Numbered from the stretch's first letter, positions 50,006-62,401 are shown. The stretch: DNA of 64,000 bases from an uncultured Nitrosopumilaceae archaeon (GCA_942490965.1 CALNZF010000022.1:929-64928), one strand, 5' to 3'. The notes: a model not told the origin generated them from the letters alone. Program-made: numbers and translations.

Positions 50006-50388
50006 TCTTCAGTCTTACCGCCTTTAATTTTAGCTATCGATGATACAACTTGGTCTACAATGTGTTGTGCATCACCTGCATCCAAAATTGCTGCAGCGGC
50101 AGAAGTAATATCAATACCTAATGATTTGCCTAACTCCTCTTTGCTTGGTACAAATGCATATGCTGCACCTTGTTCCTCACATAGAATTGGAAGATGGGCT
50201 ACTACCTCTGGTGGTTCAACATCTTCAGCTATTACAATTAGTTTACTAGTACCACGTTCAATTGCCTTTGTTGCTTCGTTTGTTCCTTTCTTGACTTTAC
50301 CGCTAGTAGATGCTACTCTTACGGCTTCTAAGATTGGACCAACGAGGTCTTCTGGCGTCTCAAATTTAACATAATATGATTTTCCCAT
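50002..50388 (-). CDS. rpl7ae: 50S ribosomal protein L7Ae
   Basis: [29 protein letters not shown]. Confidence 0.97.
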   Translation of the reverse strand: MGKSYYVKFETPEDLVGPILEAVRVASTSGKVKKGTNEATKAIERGTSKLIVIAEDVEPPEVVAHLPILCEEQGAAYAFVPSKEELGKSLGIDITSAAAAILDAGDAQHIVDQVVSSIAKIKGGKTEE

Positions 50389-50450
50389 ACTTCGTCACCC
50401 TAGGGGTTCATTCTCCATTCTATCCATCGATGTGTTTGGTTTTAAAAGTG

Positions 50451-51812
50451 TTATCTGGAAATAATAGAATTGACTTTTGCAAGATATTCAGACATCAAAG
50501 TATCTAATTTCTCCTGACTTTCAGATTCGGCATAGATTCTAACAATTGGTTCAGTTCCACTGGGTCTGATCATTACCCAACTTTTAGGATCAATGGCAAT
50601 CTTGATACCATCAGAAATATCAGAATTTGGAAATTCCTCTCTAAGTAAAGAGATTAGTTTTGGGACTTTTTCAGCAGAACATGGCATCTTGTCTTTGGTA
50701 GTAAATGAAGGAGGCAAACTCGCAATTTCTTCAGTGAGTGGTTTTCCAGAGGTTGCCAGCAAGTCAAGCATCAAAGCCAAGGTCATGCATCCGTCCCTTA
50801 CCTGATTATGTTTACCGTACATGAAACCACCATTCTCTTCAAATCCAATTAGCGCATCAGTTGGAACCATTTTTCTTGAAACCTCTACACTTCCTACTTT
50901 GGTTCTAATTACTTTAGAGTCAAATCTTTCAGCTAAAACTTCAATGTTAGAACCAGAATTCAAACAAGTTACAACCAAAGAGTTTGGATTTTTCTTTAAA
51001 ATGTGTCGTGTAAGTACAAGTGCAGACTTGTCACCAGTAAGAATATCTCCATTGTTATCACAAAAAATACTTCGATCACCGTCACCATCAAATGCTATTC
51101 CAACATCTGCATTATTTTCCCTTACAGTTTTTGAGAGTTCAGAAAGATTTTGCGGTGTTGGTTCTGATCCACGTCCTGGAAACGTACCATCAATCTTTTG
51201 ATTTATCAGAAATGTTTCACAATCAAGCAGTTCACAAAAATTTGGAGCAGATACAGATTGTGCACCATTACCTAAATCTAAAACAACTTTGAAATGTTTT
51301 GATTCTATTAGTTTAGAATCAATATGTGAAATGATTCCTTTAAGATATGTTTCAATCGTTCTGTTTTCTGTCCCTGTAGTTCCCCATTTTGCAGGTTTTC
51401 CTAGCCAGTTTTTTTCCAAGTAAATATTTTCAATGACTAGTTCATCTTCACGTGAAATCTCAACACCGTCTTTTGCACACGGTTTGATTCCATTGTATTG
51501 AGGAGGATTGTGTGATGCCGTAATCATAAATCCGCCAGAATATCCTAAACTTTTCACTGCAAATTCCAAACACGGTGTCGGAACAATTCCTGCAACATTG
51601 CAATCAACTCCTATTGAATTAAGAGCAGAACTTACTACTTTACATATAGCAGGACTGGATTCTCGTCCATCATATCCAATTAAGATAGGGCCTTTGCCAA
51701 AGTATGTTCCAATTGCAAGTGTCATATCGTGAACAAATTCCAGTGTAAAGTCTTCAGAAAAGACTCCACGAATTCCATTTGTTCCAAAAAATTTCGCCAC
51801 AATACTCTGCAA
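50451..51812 (-). CDS. Phosphohexomutase (phosphoglucosamine/phosphomannomutase family)
   Basis: FGTNGIRG, TASHNP, FDGDGDR, RPSGTEP. Confidence 0.93.
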   Translation of the reverse strand: MQSIVAKFFGTNGIRGVFSEDFTLEFVHDMTLAIGTYFGKGPILIGYDGRESSPAICKVVSSALNSIGVDCNVAGIVPTPCLEFAVKSLGYSGGFMITASHNPPQYNGIKPCAKDGVEISREDELVIENIYLEKNWLGKPAKWGTTGTENRTIETYLKGIISHIDSKLIESKHFKVVLDLGNGAQSVSAPNFCELLDCETFLINQKIDGTFPGRGSEPTPQNLSELSKTVRENNADVGIAFDGDGDRSIFCDNNGDILTGDKSALVLTRHILKKNPNSLVVTCLNSGSNIEVLAERFDSKVIRTKVGSVEVSRKMVPTDALIGFEENGGFMYGKHNQVRDGCMTLALMLDLLATSGKPLTEEIASLPPSFTTKDKMPCSAEKVPKLISLLREEFPNSDISDGIKIAIDPKSWVMIRPSGTEPIVRIYAESESQEKLDTLMSEYLAKVNSIISR

Positions 51813-51847
51813 TAATAGATAAATTTGTGTTTAATGGCAAATTCGTT

Positions 51848-51932
51848 GCGGGAGTCGCCCAGCCTGGTCAAAGGCGTAGGGCTTAGGACCCTATATCTTA
51901 GGATTTCGTGGGTTCAAATCCCACCTCCCGCA
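51848..51932 (+). tRNA. tRNA-Leu(TAG)
   Basis: GCGGGAG...TAGGG-CT-TAG-GA-CCCTA, variable arm, GGTTCAAATCC, CTCCCGC-A. Confidence 0.96.
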
Positions 51933-51950
51933 TCTCCTAGATTTCTGTGA

Positions 51951-52829
51951 ATGATTAATAATGAGAAAATCTTCAGCAAACAAGTCATGAAAAAGACAGT
52001 AGTTGGAATTACAGTAGTCGGCAAAGACAGAGAGGGAATTGTAGCTACATTTACAAATTTTGCATTTTCCAAGGGCGGAAACATTGAGAAAGTAAATCAA
52101 AATGTAATCAAAGGCCTGTTTGGCATGTATCTAGAAGCATCATTTTCAAAAACAATGAATGTAAAGAAATTTGATTCAGACATTCAAAATTTAGCTAAAA
52201 ATGAAAAGATGGATGTCAGCACACATCATGAAACAAATTCACAGAAAAACATTGCAGTGTTAGTGACTAAAGAACCAATTTGCCTGCAAACAATTCTTGC
52301 AAATGCAAAATCACTCAAAGGTAAAATTTCAGTAATTGTCGGCACTGAAAAAACATTAGAGCCATTAGCAAAAAAGGCAAAAATTCCATTTGTTTTGGTA
52401 GAAGACAAAATACAAGTCGAAGCTGAAAAAAAAATTATTGAAATATGTAAAAAATACGATATTGATTTAATCTCACTTGCAAGATACATGAGAATTCTCA
52501 GTCCAAATTTTGTTTGGAGATATCCAAATAGAATAATTAACATCCATCCATCATTACTTCCAGCATTTCCAGGAGCCTCTGCATATGAACAAGCATTTGA
52601 AAGAGGTACAAAGATTGTGGGTGTTACGTCCCACTATGTAACTGAAAACTTGGATCAGGGGCCAATAATATTCCAAGACTCTTTCAAAGTGGATCCAAGC
52701 GATACGTTAGAACAAATGAAATCTAAAGGACAGAAACTTGAAGCAGACACGTTGCTAAAAGCAATGAAGATGCATTTAGAAAATAAACTTGAGGTTCGCT
52801 GGAGAAAAGTTCACATTAAATCAAAGTGA
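51951..52829 (+). CDS. purU: Formyltetrahydrofolate deformylase
   Basis: N-terminal ACT domain (GKDREGIVA), LARYMRILS, INIHPSLLPAF.GA, LDQGPII; likely start at MKKTVV (51987-51990 region). Confidence 0.92.
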   Translation: MINNEKIFSKQVMKKTVVGITVVGKDREGIVATFTNFAFSKGGNIEKVNQNVIKGLFGMYLEASFSKTMNVKKFDSDIQNLAKNEKMDVSTHHETNSQKNIAVLVTKEPICLQTILANAKSLKGKISVIVGTEKTLEPLAKKAKIPFVLVEDKIQVEAEKKIIEICKKYDIDLISLARYMRILSPNFVWRYPNRIINIHPSLLPAFPGASAYEQAFERGTKIVGVTSHYVTENLDQGPIIFQDSFKVDPSDTLEQMKSKGQKLEADTLLKAMKMHLENKLEVRWRKVHIKSK

Positions 52830-53557
52830 ATAAAATGGCAGATATCAAAACACAGTTTGATCCTAATTTAAGAAAATTAATTTCTAACAAAAAACAAGTA
52901 GCAGTCATTCCAGTAGGTTCAATTGAGCAACATGGTGCTCACTTGCCAATATCAACTGATTCAGATATTGTAACTGAAATTGCAAAAAAGATCTCAGAGA
53001 AATACAAATATCTTTTACTACCTACAATAAACTATGGAGTATCATTTGAACATGCACCATTTTTTAATTTGAGTGTAAGAGAATCAACTCTACGAACCAT
53101 TCTAACTGATTTATGCGCCTCACTACTATCAAATAACATCAAGACAATTTTCATAATTAATGGCCATCATGGAAATCTAAAACCAATAAAAAATTTAGAT
53201 GTCAAACTCAAAAAAATCTCAAAAAACAAACTGCAAGTATTTCCATTGTCCTACTGGCATTTTATGGAAAGAGATTTTGATCACGCAGGATTTGTAGAAA
53301 CATCACTAATGCTAGCAATTTCAAAAAATGTCAAAATGAACTTGGCAAAGAAAGGACTAGACACAGATGGAATGACAAGACAAGAAATCATTGAACTTGG
53401 AAAACTAGCAAATCAATCATTTCCCAAAGCTACCAAAAATGGCATTTGGGGTGATCCAAGAAAAGCTACAAAGAAGGAAGGACAAGAAATTTTGGATGAA
53501 ATCATTAAAAATCTCGGAAAAAAGTGTCAAACTTGCCTCACTGGGCGTAGCTCATAG
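52826..53557 (+). CDS. Creatininase family amidohydrolase
   Basis: PVGSIEQHGAHLP..TD, NGHHGN, HAGFVETS. Confidence 0.9.
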   Translation: MNKMADIKTQFDPNLRKLISNKKQVAVIPVGSIEQHGAHLPISTDSDIVTEIAKKISEKYKYLLLPTINYGVSFEHAPFFNLSVRESTLRTILTDLCASLLSNNIKTIFIINGHHGNLKPIKNLDVKLKKISKNKLQVFPLSYWHFMERDFDHAGFVETSLMLAISKNVKMNLAKKGLDTDGMTRQEIIELGKLANQSFPKATKNGIWGDPRKATKKEGQEILDEIIKNLGKKCQTCLTGRSS

Positions 53558-53612
53558 TTTCACCAATGGAAATTTAATATAACGCCTTGATATCCATGTC
53601 AATAAGTGATTA

Positions 53613-53852
53613 TTGATGTCCGTTGATATGGCAGTAAAAGTATTGGATGAGAGTATCAATCAAGTTGTATTGATAAAACTCAAAGGAAACAAGACCATTA
53701 GAGGTACTCTTTTAGGTTTTGACCAACACATGAACCTGCTACTCGATTCTTCAGAGGAAATTCCCGCTGAAGGCGATTCTACTAGTCTCGGAAGCATTGT
53801 AGTTAGAGGAGATAATGTAGTAATGATATCTCCCCCACCAGCACAAAATTAG
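53613..53852 (+). CDS. Sm-like (Lsm) protein
   Basis: [14 protein letters not shown] and VVRGDNV Sm motifs; upstream of rpl37e. Confidence 0.95.
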   Translation: MMSVDMAVKVLDESINQVVLIKLKGNKTIRGTLLGFDQHMNLLLDSSEEIPAEGDSTSLGSIVVRGDNVVMISPPPAQN

Positions 53853-53862
53853 GTGATTTGCA

Positions 53863-54030
53863 ATGACGAAAGGCACAACTTCTATGGGTGGTTTTACAAA
53901 GAAGAAAGTTCACATTAGATGCAGAAGATGCGGTAAGAACTCACTTCACAAACGTCATCACCAATGTGCAAGTTGTGGATTTCCAGAGGCTAAACGCAGA
54001 AAGTATTCCTGGATTAAATGGTATACATAG
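53863..54030 (+). CDS. rpl37e: 50S ribosomal protein L37e (missed by ORF track)
   Basis: MTKGTTSMG...HIRCRRCG...CASCGFP...RKYSW. Confidence 0.96.
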   Translation: MTKGTTSMGGFTKKKVHIRCRRCGKNSLHKRHHQCASCGFPEAKRRKYSWIKWYT

Positions 54031-54987
54031 ATGCAAGAAATTGTTTTAATTCTTAGTTCATTAGCAGGTGTTGCTACAGCAGCTGCAGTACGTAAAATGC
54101 CAAGAGACAAAAATCAATTACTTAGTCTTGGTGCCAGCTCACATATCAAAAGTCAAATCAGTTCATTAAAAATTGAAAAAGACATTCTAACTAAAACCAT
54201 TTCAAGATTATACCAAGCAGATTCAGAATTTTCTAAAATTCAAAAAGACAAATTGTTACTAAAGTATCAACACCAATTAGGAATAGTTTTAGCTAAACTA
54301 GAAAAACTTGAGCAGGCAAGTCATCATCCAGACTTGGGTCCAGTCGGTGATGGTTTGATCACATTAATGGATCAAAAATTATCAAAACTAGATGATAGAT
54401 TGTATGAGTTATCATCAAAGATGTTAAGTGCCAAAATTGAAACACCAAAAGAGAGCATCCCAGAAGTAAAACAAGAAACAAAACAAAAGATGTCAAACGT
54501 GTTTAACTTTGATAAACCAAAAGAAAGTAAAACGGATTCAATTGTTATTCCTCCAACAAAATCAAAACAATCATTTGAATTAACAACTCTAACAAACATT
54601 TCAAGAACAGAACCAAAATTCCCATTATTTGAAAACGAGTCAAAACAAGTTGTAAAACCAATGCCACAACCAAGAGTAATTCCAACAGAGACAATCAAAC
54701 CAAAAGATGAGATTGTTCAAGAAATCATACAGTCAAAGCCAAAAGTTGAAGATAAAATGGAAATCATCCAATCCGTAACTCCTAAACCAGAAATTAACTT
54801 TGAAACTAAACCAGACCTAAACAAAGAAGTTGCAAAGATTACAGAACACAAAGCACTTCCAGAACCAATTAAAGAAAAACCAGTTACATTAGATGATGAC
54901 TTTGATGAGGATGCAGATGATTTAGATAAAATCAAAGGCGACATCATGAGAGTATTATCAAAACTGGATCAAGCAGAGGTAGAGTAA
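54031..54987 (+). CDS. Hypothetical protein (N-terminal anchor, coiled coil, Pro/Lys/Glu-rich linker)
   Basis: 318 aa ORF in operon with rpl37e and rpiA. Confidence 0.75.
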   Translation: MQEIVLILSSLAGVATAAAVRKMPRDKNQLLSLGASSHIKSQISSLKIEKDILTKTISRLYQADSEFSKIQKDKLLLKYQHQLGIVLAKLEKLEQASHHPDLGPVGDGLITLMDQKLSKLDDRLYELSSKMLSAKIETPKESIPEVKQETKQKMSNVFNFDKPKESKTDSIVIPPTKSKQSFELTTLTNISRTEPKFPLFENESKQVVKPMPQPRVIPTETIKPKDEIVQEIIQSKPKVEDKMEIIQSVTPKPEINFETKPDLNKEVAKITEHKALPEPIKEKPVTLDDDFDEDADDLDKIKGDIMRVLSKLDQAEVE

Positions 54988-55662
54988 TTGACCTACGATG
55001 ATGCCATAAAGGCATTATCAAGTGATGCGTTAAAATTTGTTAAAGATGATTACGTTATCGGATTAGGCAGTGGACGAGCAGCTACCTCGCTTGTAAAATC
55101 ACTATCAACATTAATCAAACTAAAAGAATACAATATACGAGGAGTTCCAACATCATTACAAATCAAATTAATTGCAGAAAAAGGCGGCATTCCACTAGTA
55201 GAAGCTGATCAAGTAGAACATATTGACATTGTATTTGATGGTGCAGATCAAATTGATTCACAAAAATATGTAATCAAAGGTGGAGGTGGCGCACTATTGC
55301 GAGAAAATATTTTGTTTAGTCTTGCAAAAAAAGTCATAGTGATGGCAGATAAGACAAAATTTGTAAAGAATTTTACAAGAACAGTTCCAGTTGAAATTCA
55401 CCCACTAGCTAGAAACTCTGTAACAAAATCAATTAAAAAATTGGGAGGAGAAACACAAATTCGTTCACTTGATAGAGGTTATCCGTTCTTTACAGAAAAT
55501 GGAAACATAATTTTAGATTGTAATTTTGGAACAATAAAAAATCCTAAAGCATTATCCCAACAAATTAAACAAATTCCAGGAGTTTTAGAATCAGGAATAT
55601 TCCTTAGAAAGCCAGATATGATCTACAAAGCCAAAGAAAACGGCAAATTTGATATTCTTTAA
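54988..55662 (+). CDS. rpiA: Ribose-5-phosphate isomerase A
   Basis: IGLGSG, DGADQ, KGGGGALLRE, TENGN.ILD. Confidence 0.95.
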   Translation: MTYDDAIKALSSDALKFVKDDYVIGLGSGRAATSLVKSLSTLIKLKEYNIRGVPTSLQIKLIAEKGGIPLVEADQVEHIDIVFDGADQIDSQKYVIKGGGGALLRENILFSLAKKVIVMADKTKFVKNFTRTVPVEIHPLARNSVTKSIKKLGGETQIRSLDRGYPFFTENGNIILDCNFGTIKNPKALSQQIKQIPGVLESGIFLRKPDMIYKAKENGKFDIL

Positions 55663-55666
55663 AATT

Positions 55667-55765
55667 CTATTTGTTACTAAATTTTCCAACTAGAGGAACA
55701 AAAACATATTTTGATTGCTTTTTAATTTCCATCATTCCTTTAGATGTTTTTTGTAACAGGACCAA
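55667..55765 (-). CDS. C-terminal fragment of a probable protein-L-isoaspartate O-methyltransferase, cut by the junction
   Basis: LVLLQKTSKG...YVFVPLVGK resembles the PIMT C-terminal FVPL motif. Confidence 0.55.
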   Translation of the reverse strand: MVLLQKTSKGMMEIKKQSKYVFVPLVGKFSNK

Positions 55766-55927
55766 CAACACCGGCGGTGCGCGAGCTGGAAATTGCCCGC
55801 CTGTGCGAAACCTGGTGCCACGCCGATCACTGGACCGCCCACGATGCGGTGCTGAAACGGATTCGCTGGATCGTCGGCAGGCAGCCGCTGCCACGCTTGC
55901 GTATTCGGCTAATATGCCATTTGGTAA

Positions 55928-56948
<1,021 letters not shown>

Positions 56949-56969
56949 GCCCCGACCTCGAAACAGCGT

Positions 56970-57885
56970 TCAGATTTCTTCGGTGGCGACCAGGTTCGTC
57001 GGCATGAAGGTGCCGTGCGAGGAGAGATCGGTCACGCGCAGGGTGTCGTCGTCGCTCGGTTCGATGATCAGGTGCATGCGTGAAACATCGCGCAGGCCGT
57101 TGCCGAGCACGACATTACACACGGCGTCGCGGCCGATGATGTTTTTACCGTCAGTGAGTTCGTGTGCCACACCGGCCTGGTCGACGATCACCATCGGCTG
57201 GGAATTACGGAAGGTAAACACGTGCTTGGAGAGGCGGAACTCAAATTCGGCGTCAGACGCGGGCCGAAATGTAGACCGCCTCGCCTTTCGGCAGCCGGAT
57301 GTAGGCCGATTCCGCGGCCTCGAGCGGCGCGTCGAGCGAAATCGAATCAAAAATACTGGTTTCCTTGAGGAAGTCCTTGGTGTCGTCGAGCGCCGAGGCC
57401 AGGTCGGGCGCCGTTGCATTCGGATCGCCATCGCGCGGCATGCTGCTGGATTCGCGCATTTTGACCTTGTAGGTCTGTTTGATGACGTCCTGGCGCGAGC
57501 GCAGGTACTGCATGTACTTGACCACCGCAACGCGGCGCAGCTCGTCGTAATCTTCGTCCTGCTGGTTGAGAGCCTTGAAGATCGCGCGCCAGTCGTAGTC
57601 GTTGGAGAACACCTGGATATCCACGGCGCGGACGAGTTTGCCGATCTCGCCGGGTTGTTCGATCGAACGCGACAGAATATCGACGAAGCGTTTTTCGACG
57701 GTTTTGATGCTTTTCGCTTCGCGCTTCAGCTCTTCCGGCGCGAGCATGATCAGATCCGCCAGCTTGCTGGCCGGAACGTTGGTTCTGCCGCCGAGCGCGA
57801 ATTCGAACTCGGTGAGGGTATTGAAGGAGATCTCTTCGCCGTTGATGACGAGGGTCAGGGCGCGGCTGAATAGCTTGTCAAGCAT
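56970..57885 (-). CDS. FHA-domain protein (frameshift near 57260)
   Basis: N-terminal part 57253-57885; C-terminal IGRD...VSRMH...DLSSHGTF FHA motifs in a second frame. Confidence 0.8.
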
Positions 57886-58148
57886 GTGATGTGTTCTGTT
57901 GCACTGTCATTATTGTAGTGTGCGCGAGGCGGCACAACCTGCGCACTGCGGTGTAGCGATCGGCACTGTCTTGCCACTCTTTAACATTATATGAGTCGCC
58001 GGCGGTCCACACCGCGCACGGCCGACCGAAGCGTGACGACCTTCACATAAGCCATTTTCGCACGCTAACGGGTATTTTCCACTCGGCGCGGGGTCAGATC
58101 AGCGAGCCTCGGCAGAGTTGTTACGGCCCGCGTCGAGGCCCGCCGCAC

Positions 58149-59277
58149 TTACCACACCCGCCACGCCCGGACACTTCGCCGACGGATCCGGTTCGAGGTA
58201 GTTTTCGAGCAACGTCGCCGCGCCGGCGGTTGCAGCACCGCCAGTGCCGCGGCGTCGGCATAGGCGCGCGCAAAGTCGCCATCGACGCTGGCCAGCAGGG
58301 CGCGAAAAGCCGGCACGTAGTCGTTATAGGTTGCGATCGAGGAGATCTTGGCATTGTTCCACGGTTCCGCCATCCAGCGGTCGTATTCGTCGTTACCGCC
58401 CCAGGTGGCTTTCAGGCTCGTGTAGGCGGTGTCGAGTTCGGCGAACAGGCGCGCTTTGCCGGCGTGTTTTTCCGCGCTCGGCACGGCGCTCGCGTACAGG
58501 CGCTCGAGCGCTGCGCGGGTATCCATGAGCAGCGCCATCAATTCGGTTTCGCGGCGTTGCGCTTCGAGCGCCGCGGTCGGTGAGCGACCATCGGCTGCCA
58601 GCCATGCCTCGAGGCCAGCGCCGGCGATCGCGACGGCGAAGCTTTCGTTGAACGTGGTGTCGTTTTTGACGTAAAGCTGCTGGTGCGCAAGTTCGTGAAA
58701 CAGGATCTCGACCAGGCGTAGATCGTCATAGGCCAGGATCGTGCTCAGAACCGGGTCATCGAACCAGCCGAGCGTGGAGTAGGCGCTGACCCCGCCGACG
58801 TAGACGTCGTAGCCGGCCGCGCGCAGCCGGTCGGCGTGGGCCTGCGCCGCCTGCCGGCTGAAATAGCCGCGATAGGACAGGCAGCCGACGATCACGAAAC
58901 AGGATTGTTGCGGGTCCAGGCTCAGCGCGCCGGCAGCAAACACGTTCCACACCACGTAGTCGCGCTCGAGTTCGACATAGTCACGGTAGCTGCCGTTGTC
59001 CGGCAGCGCCATGCGGGTATGCGCGAAGACCCGCGCGGCCTGCACGAGCTGCAGTTTGCGACGGGTATCCGGCGACAGTGCGTCGTCCTCAAGGACCGCG
59101 TCGATCGGGCGTTGCAGGCGCCAGATTTCGAGCTGGCCGGCGATTGCCTGGGTATAAAGCCGACCGAGGAACAGGCCGAAGAAGTCGTGACCAGCGGCGC
59201 AGCCGAGCAGCGCCAGCCGCCAGCCACGGCAGGGGGCGCGCTCCGGGTAGCGTCAGGATCGGAGTGGCTGGGTCATC
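58149..59277 (-). CDS. Putative zinc aminopeptidase (DUF2265-like), frameshifted at both ends; coordinates approximate
   Basis: GCLSYRGYF, AYSTLGWFDDP, HELAHQ, FNESFA. Confidence 0.8.
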
Positions 59278-59414
59278 GAGGTACAAGGGATGAATGCGGA
59301 AACGAGTAGGGATAGCGTATACCGTGCCCGGTCAGGCTTGGAACAGGGGTATAGGAATTTGCCAGTGTATCCTGCCGTTTGAGAGCGCTGGCGAGCATCC
59401 TATGAACACCCCGC

Positions 59415-60165
59415 ATGCCCCTGTTGTCCGCCGCCGAACTCGCGCAGCTTATCGCCGCCGGTGAAGATCGCGGGCACGATCTCGTCGTGCTCGACTGCCG
59501 CTTTGTACTGAGCGATAGCGAGGCCGGCGTGGCGGCCTATCTCGAGGGCCACATTCCCGGCGCGGTTTACGCCCATCTCGACCGTGATCTGAGCGGCCCG
59601 CCGAGCAGCGACCACGGCCGCCATCCGTTGCCGCCGCCAGCGCGCCTGGCGGACGTATTCGGGCAATTCGGCATCGGTGCCGGGACCCGCGTGGTGGCCT
59701 ATGACGACAGTTTCGGCATGGTCGCGGCCCGCGCCTGGTGGATGCTGCGCTATATGGGGCATGCCGCGGTCAGCGTTCTTGACGGCGGCTGGCAGGCCTG
59801 GGTCGCCGCCGGCTATTCGACCACGAGCGGATCGCAGACCAACCCGACGCAGCAATTCGTCGGCGCTGCCGATCGCGCGCGCCTGGTCTGCGTCGACGAA
59901 GTCGCGCACGCGGCGATGCTGCTCGACGCTCGAGAAGCGCCGCGTTATCGCGGCGAAGTCGAGCCCATCGATCCCTCGGCCGGACACATTCCGAGCGCGC
60001 GCAACCACTGCTGGAGAAAACAATCTGGGCGCCGATGGCTGCCTGTTACCGGCGGCCGAACTGCGCGCGGCGCAACTCGCCAGCCTCGACGCGCCGGCGA
60101 CGACGGCAGTCACACATTATTGCGGCTCGGGCGTCTCGGCTTGTCATAACATTCTGGCGATTGGA
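59415..60165 (+). CDS. Two-domain rhodanese sulfurtransferase (SseA-like), frameshifted near 60017 and truncated at the junction
   Basis: GHIPGA, GRHPLP, LDGGW, GHIPSA; HYCGSGVSAC active site in the second frame. Confidence 0.88.
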
Positions 60166-60179
60166 AAACTCATTCAGAA

Positions 60180-60863
60180 TTGATGAGCGAGCGACTCACT
60201 GCATATCCTCATCATTTTGATATATTAAGTAAAGATGACGCCAACAGAGTAATAGACTATGGTAATGAAGTACTTACTACAGCATATGAAGTAAATTACC
60301 TAAAGTCGGTAGATATCGCACCCTACCTCATCAACACCGATAAACCAGAGGGAAGGTGTGTGGATATGTGGCGTGAGAATGAACACGATGATCTGGACGA
60401 ATTGTTAGAGGAAACGAATCGAGAAGACGGAATAGAGCTTTTTGTTGATGAGGCCGAAACACTACAGCCACTTACATTCCGACTCTGTGTTCTTTGATCC
60501 GATTACCGAGGAGACTGTAGAAGCCGTTGCTATACCGGACTATGTCAACTATGAATACCCCACCATATACGAGCTAGAAACAACTCCCGAAATGCCTCCA
60601 ACCGACGACGGAAAGAGTGTAAACGAACGTCTAGCGGTTTTTGAAGCGAAAGAAACACTAAGAAACGTCGAAAAGAGCTGGAAAGTAACATCAAAGATAA
60701 GAAAGTTCTGAAAGATGCGGTTAAACATGCTAAAAAGGCTATTGGATACGATCTGGCTAAACGATTGGCCACGGAAAGGCATCAACGGCAAAAACATGAA
60801 CGCCTTGCTAAAATGTACGGAACAACAACAGGAAGAATCCCATTCAAGAGGAAAGGGAAATGA
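60180..60863 (+). CDS. Hypothetical protein, probably one gene split by two frameshifts
   Basis: ORFs 60180-60497 and 60442-60711 plus a third frame ending KRKGK* at 60863. Confidence 0.5.
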
Positions 60864-60865
60864 TC

Positions 60866-60979
60866 ATGGGAAAGAAAAACACTGAACTCGGATCCATGAA
60901 TTACGACAAGGACAAACGGCGGGAGAAGATTCAAAAGGACAAAGAAAAGAAATCCAGAAAAGGAAATCGCTGGAAATAA
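60866..60979 (+). CDS. Small basic peptide (37 aa)
   Basis: MGKKNTELGSMNYDKDKRREK...; purine-rich SD-like sequence upstream. Confidence 0.5.
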   Translation: MGKKNTELGSMNYDKDKRREKIQKDKEKKSRKGNRWK

Positions 60980-61004
60980 ACACATTACAGGAAAGGGGTT
61001 TACG

Positions 61005-61445
61005 ATGAAACTTCGTAATTTGTTACCGCTGATTTTCGTACTGATGGTAGGATGTGCTACCGCAAATATGGAACCTGTTACGCAGGAAGTTTATGTGGAC
61101 AGGCACATTCTAATGTCCAAGGACTATGAACGCACCTGCAACGATCTGCAGACGGATTTCCTTTTCATGTTTGATTCGGGCCGCTACGAGTCCTCATTCG
61201 TCGATTATGGCACTCGATCCATCTACCGCATAGGTAAGTGGCAGTTAACTGACATACCGTCATACGGCCCCTCAGTGCCCATGCCACCGAATAGAAAGAT
61301 AGACGACATTCGCTGGTATACTTCAGTCGAGTTCCTGTCGTTCGGTGATAGATGTTCTGTTTCGGTGAGAGAAACCAATCCTATAAAAGACAAAAAACTG
61401 AACGGTGAGGAAATCATAAAGCTGCTTCAGCAGCTGGAAAGGTAA
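61005..61445 (+). CDS. Putative lipoprotein
   Basis: Signal peptide ending in the lipobox-like MVGC; GGAAAGGGG SD. Confidence 0.7.
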   Translation: MKLRNLLPLIFVLMVGCATANMEPVTQEVYVDRHILMSKDYERTCNDLQTDFLFMFDSGRYESSFVDYGTRSIYRIGKWQLTDIPSYGPSVPMPPNRKIDDIRWYTSVEFLSFGDRCSVSVRETNPIKDKKLNGEEIIKLLQQLER

Positions 61446-61447
61446 TT

Positions 61448-61902
61448 ATGATAAAAGATATCATCACAGCGGACGAGGATGTTGCCGGAATTCTTCGAAA
61501 AAAGGCCGATCCTGTAACCAAAGAGGAATTTACACTGGTTCAGTCTGATATAGACGACATGGTTGACACCATGTACGCCAGCAATGGTTTAGGATTGGCG
61601 GCTAATCAAATAGGGCTTGAAAAGCGAATCTTCGTGCTTCTAGGTCCTAAAATGAGGCCATAGTTGCTATCAACCCCGAATATATTGTTCGTAGCACCAA
61701 GAAAATCAAGTCCTATGGAGAGGGGTGCCTGTCTTGTAAGAACGCAGGACGACGGGATATTCGTCGACACCGCTATGTCAAGGTCAAAGCTTTGGATCGT
61801 AATGGCGACCCCTTTCTAATCAACACCACCAATAAAACCACGAACATAGCCATTCAACACGAAATGGATCATCTGAATGGTGTGCTCATAATAGACAAAT
61901 AA
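61448..61902 (+). CDS. def: Peptide deformylase (frameshift near 61650)
   Basis: GLGLAANQIG in the first frame; EGCLS and QHEMDHLNG in the second. Confidence 0.92.
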
Positions 61903-61912
61903 GGATCAACTT

Positions 61913-62401
61913 ATGGCGGACATGAGCGATTTTTTAGTGTCTTCACTTATATTTGGGGCAATATTGTTTTTCGGATGTAATCTCGTTACTGATGCTACGA
62001 CCACTGCTTTTCTAAAAGGCAGGCTTAAATCATTTGCACAAATATTCTTCTCTATACTGTGTATGGGTGTATTTTTAGTAATATTTACTTTATTCTCGAT
62101 TGGTCTAAATAAAGCACTCATCTACGAGCCTCCACCTCCAACGAATTTGATGTTCTGGGGTCTTGACAAGAACGCCGACTGTGATTATAATCAAGTAAAC
62201 GAGTTTATTAAAGTAACCAATAGTAGAGTAGTGCTGTTTGGTAAAGCAAAATCAAACGCCCCTCCGATTATGAATGTTGTCGGTGAAGCACCAGGGCCAA
62301 TGAGTGATTTCGAGAGTATTCGTACTTGGTATAAATTCAATGGCGAACATGATTGGAACACTGTTTTGGTATTTGGTCTTAAGCCGACGTACCGCTGGTA
62401 A
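61913..62401 (+). CDS. Hypothetical membrane protein (may extend to ~62495 via a frameshift)
   Basis: Two N-terminal TM segments. Confidence 0.6.
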   Translation: MADMSDFLVSSLIFGAILFFGCNLVTDATTTAFLKGRLKSFAQIFFSILCMGVFLVIFTLFSIGLNKALIYEPPPPTNLMFWGLDKNADCDYNQVNEFIKVTNSRVVLFGKAKSNAPPIMNVVGEAPGPMSDFESIRTWYKFNGEHDWNTVLVFGLKPTYRW

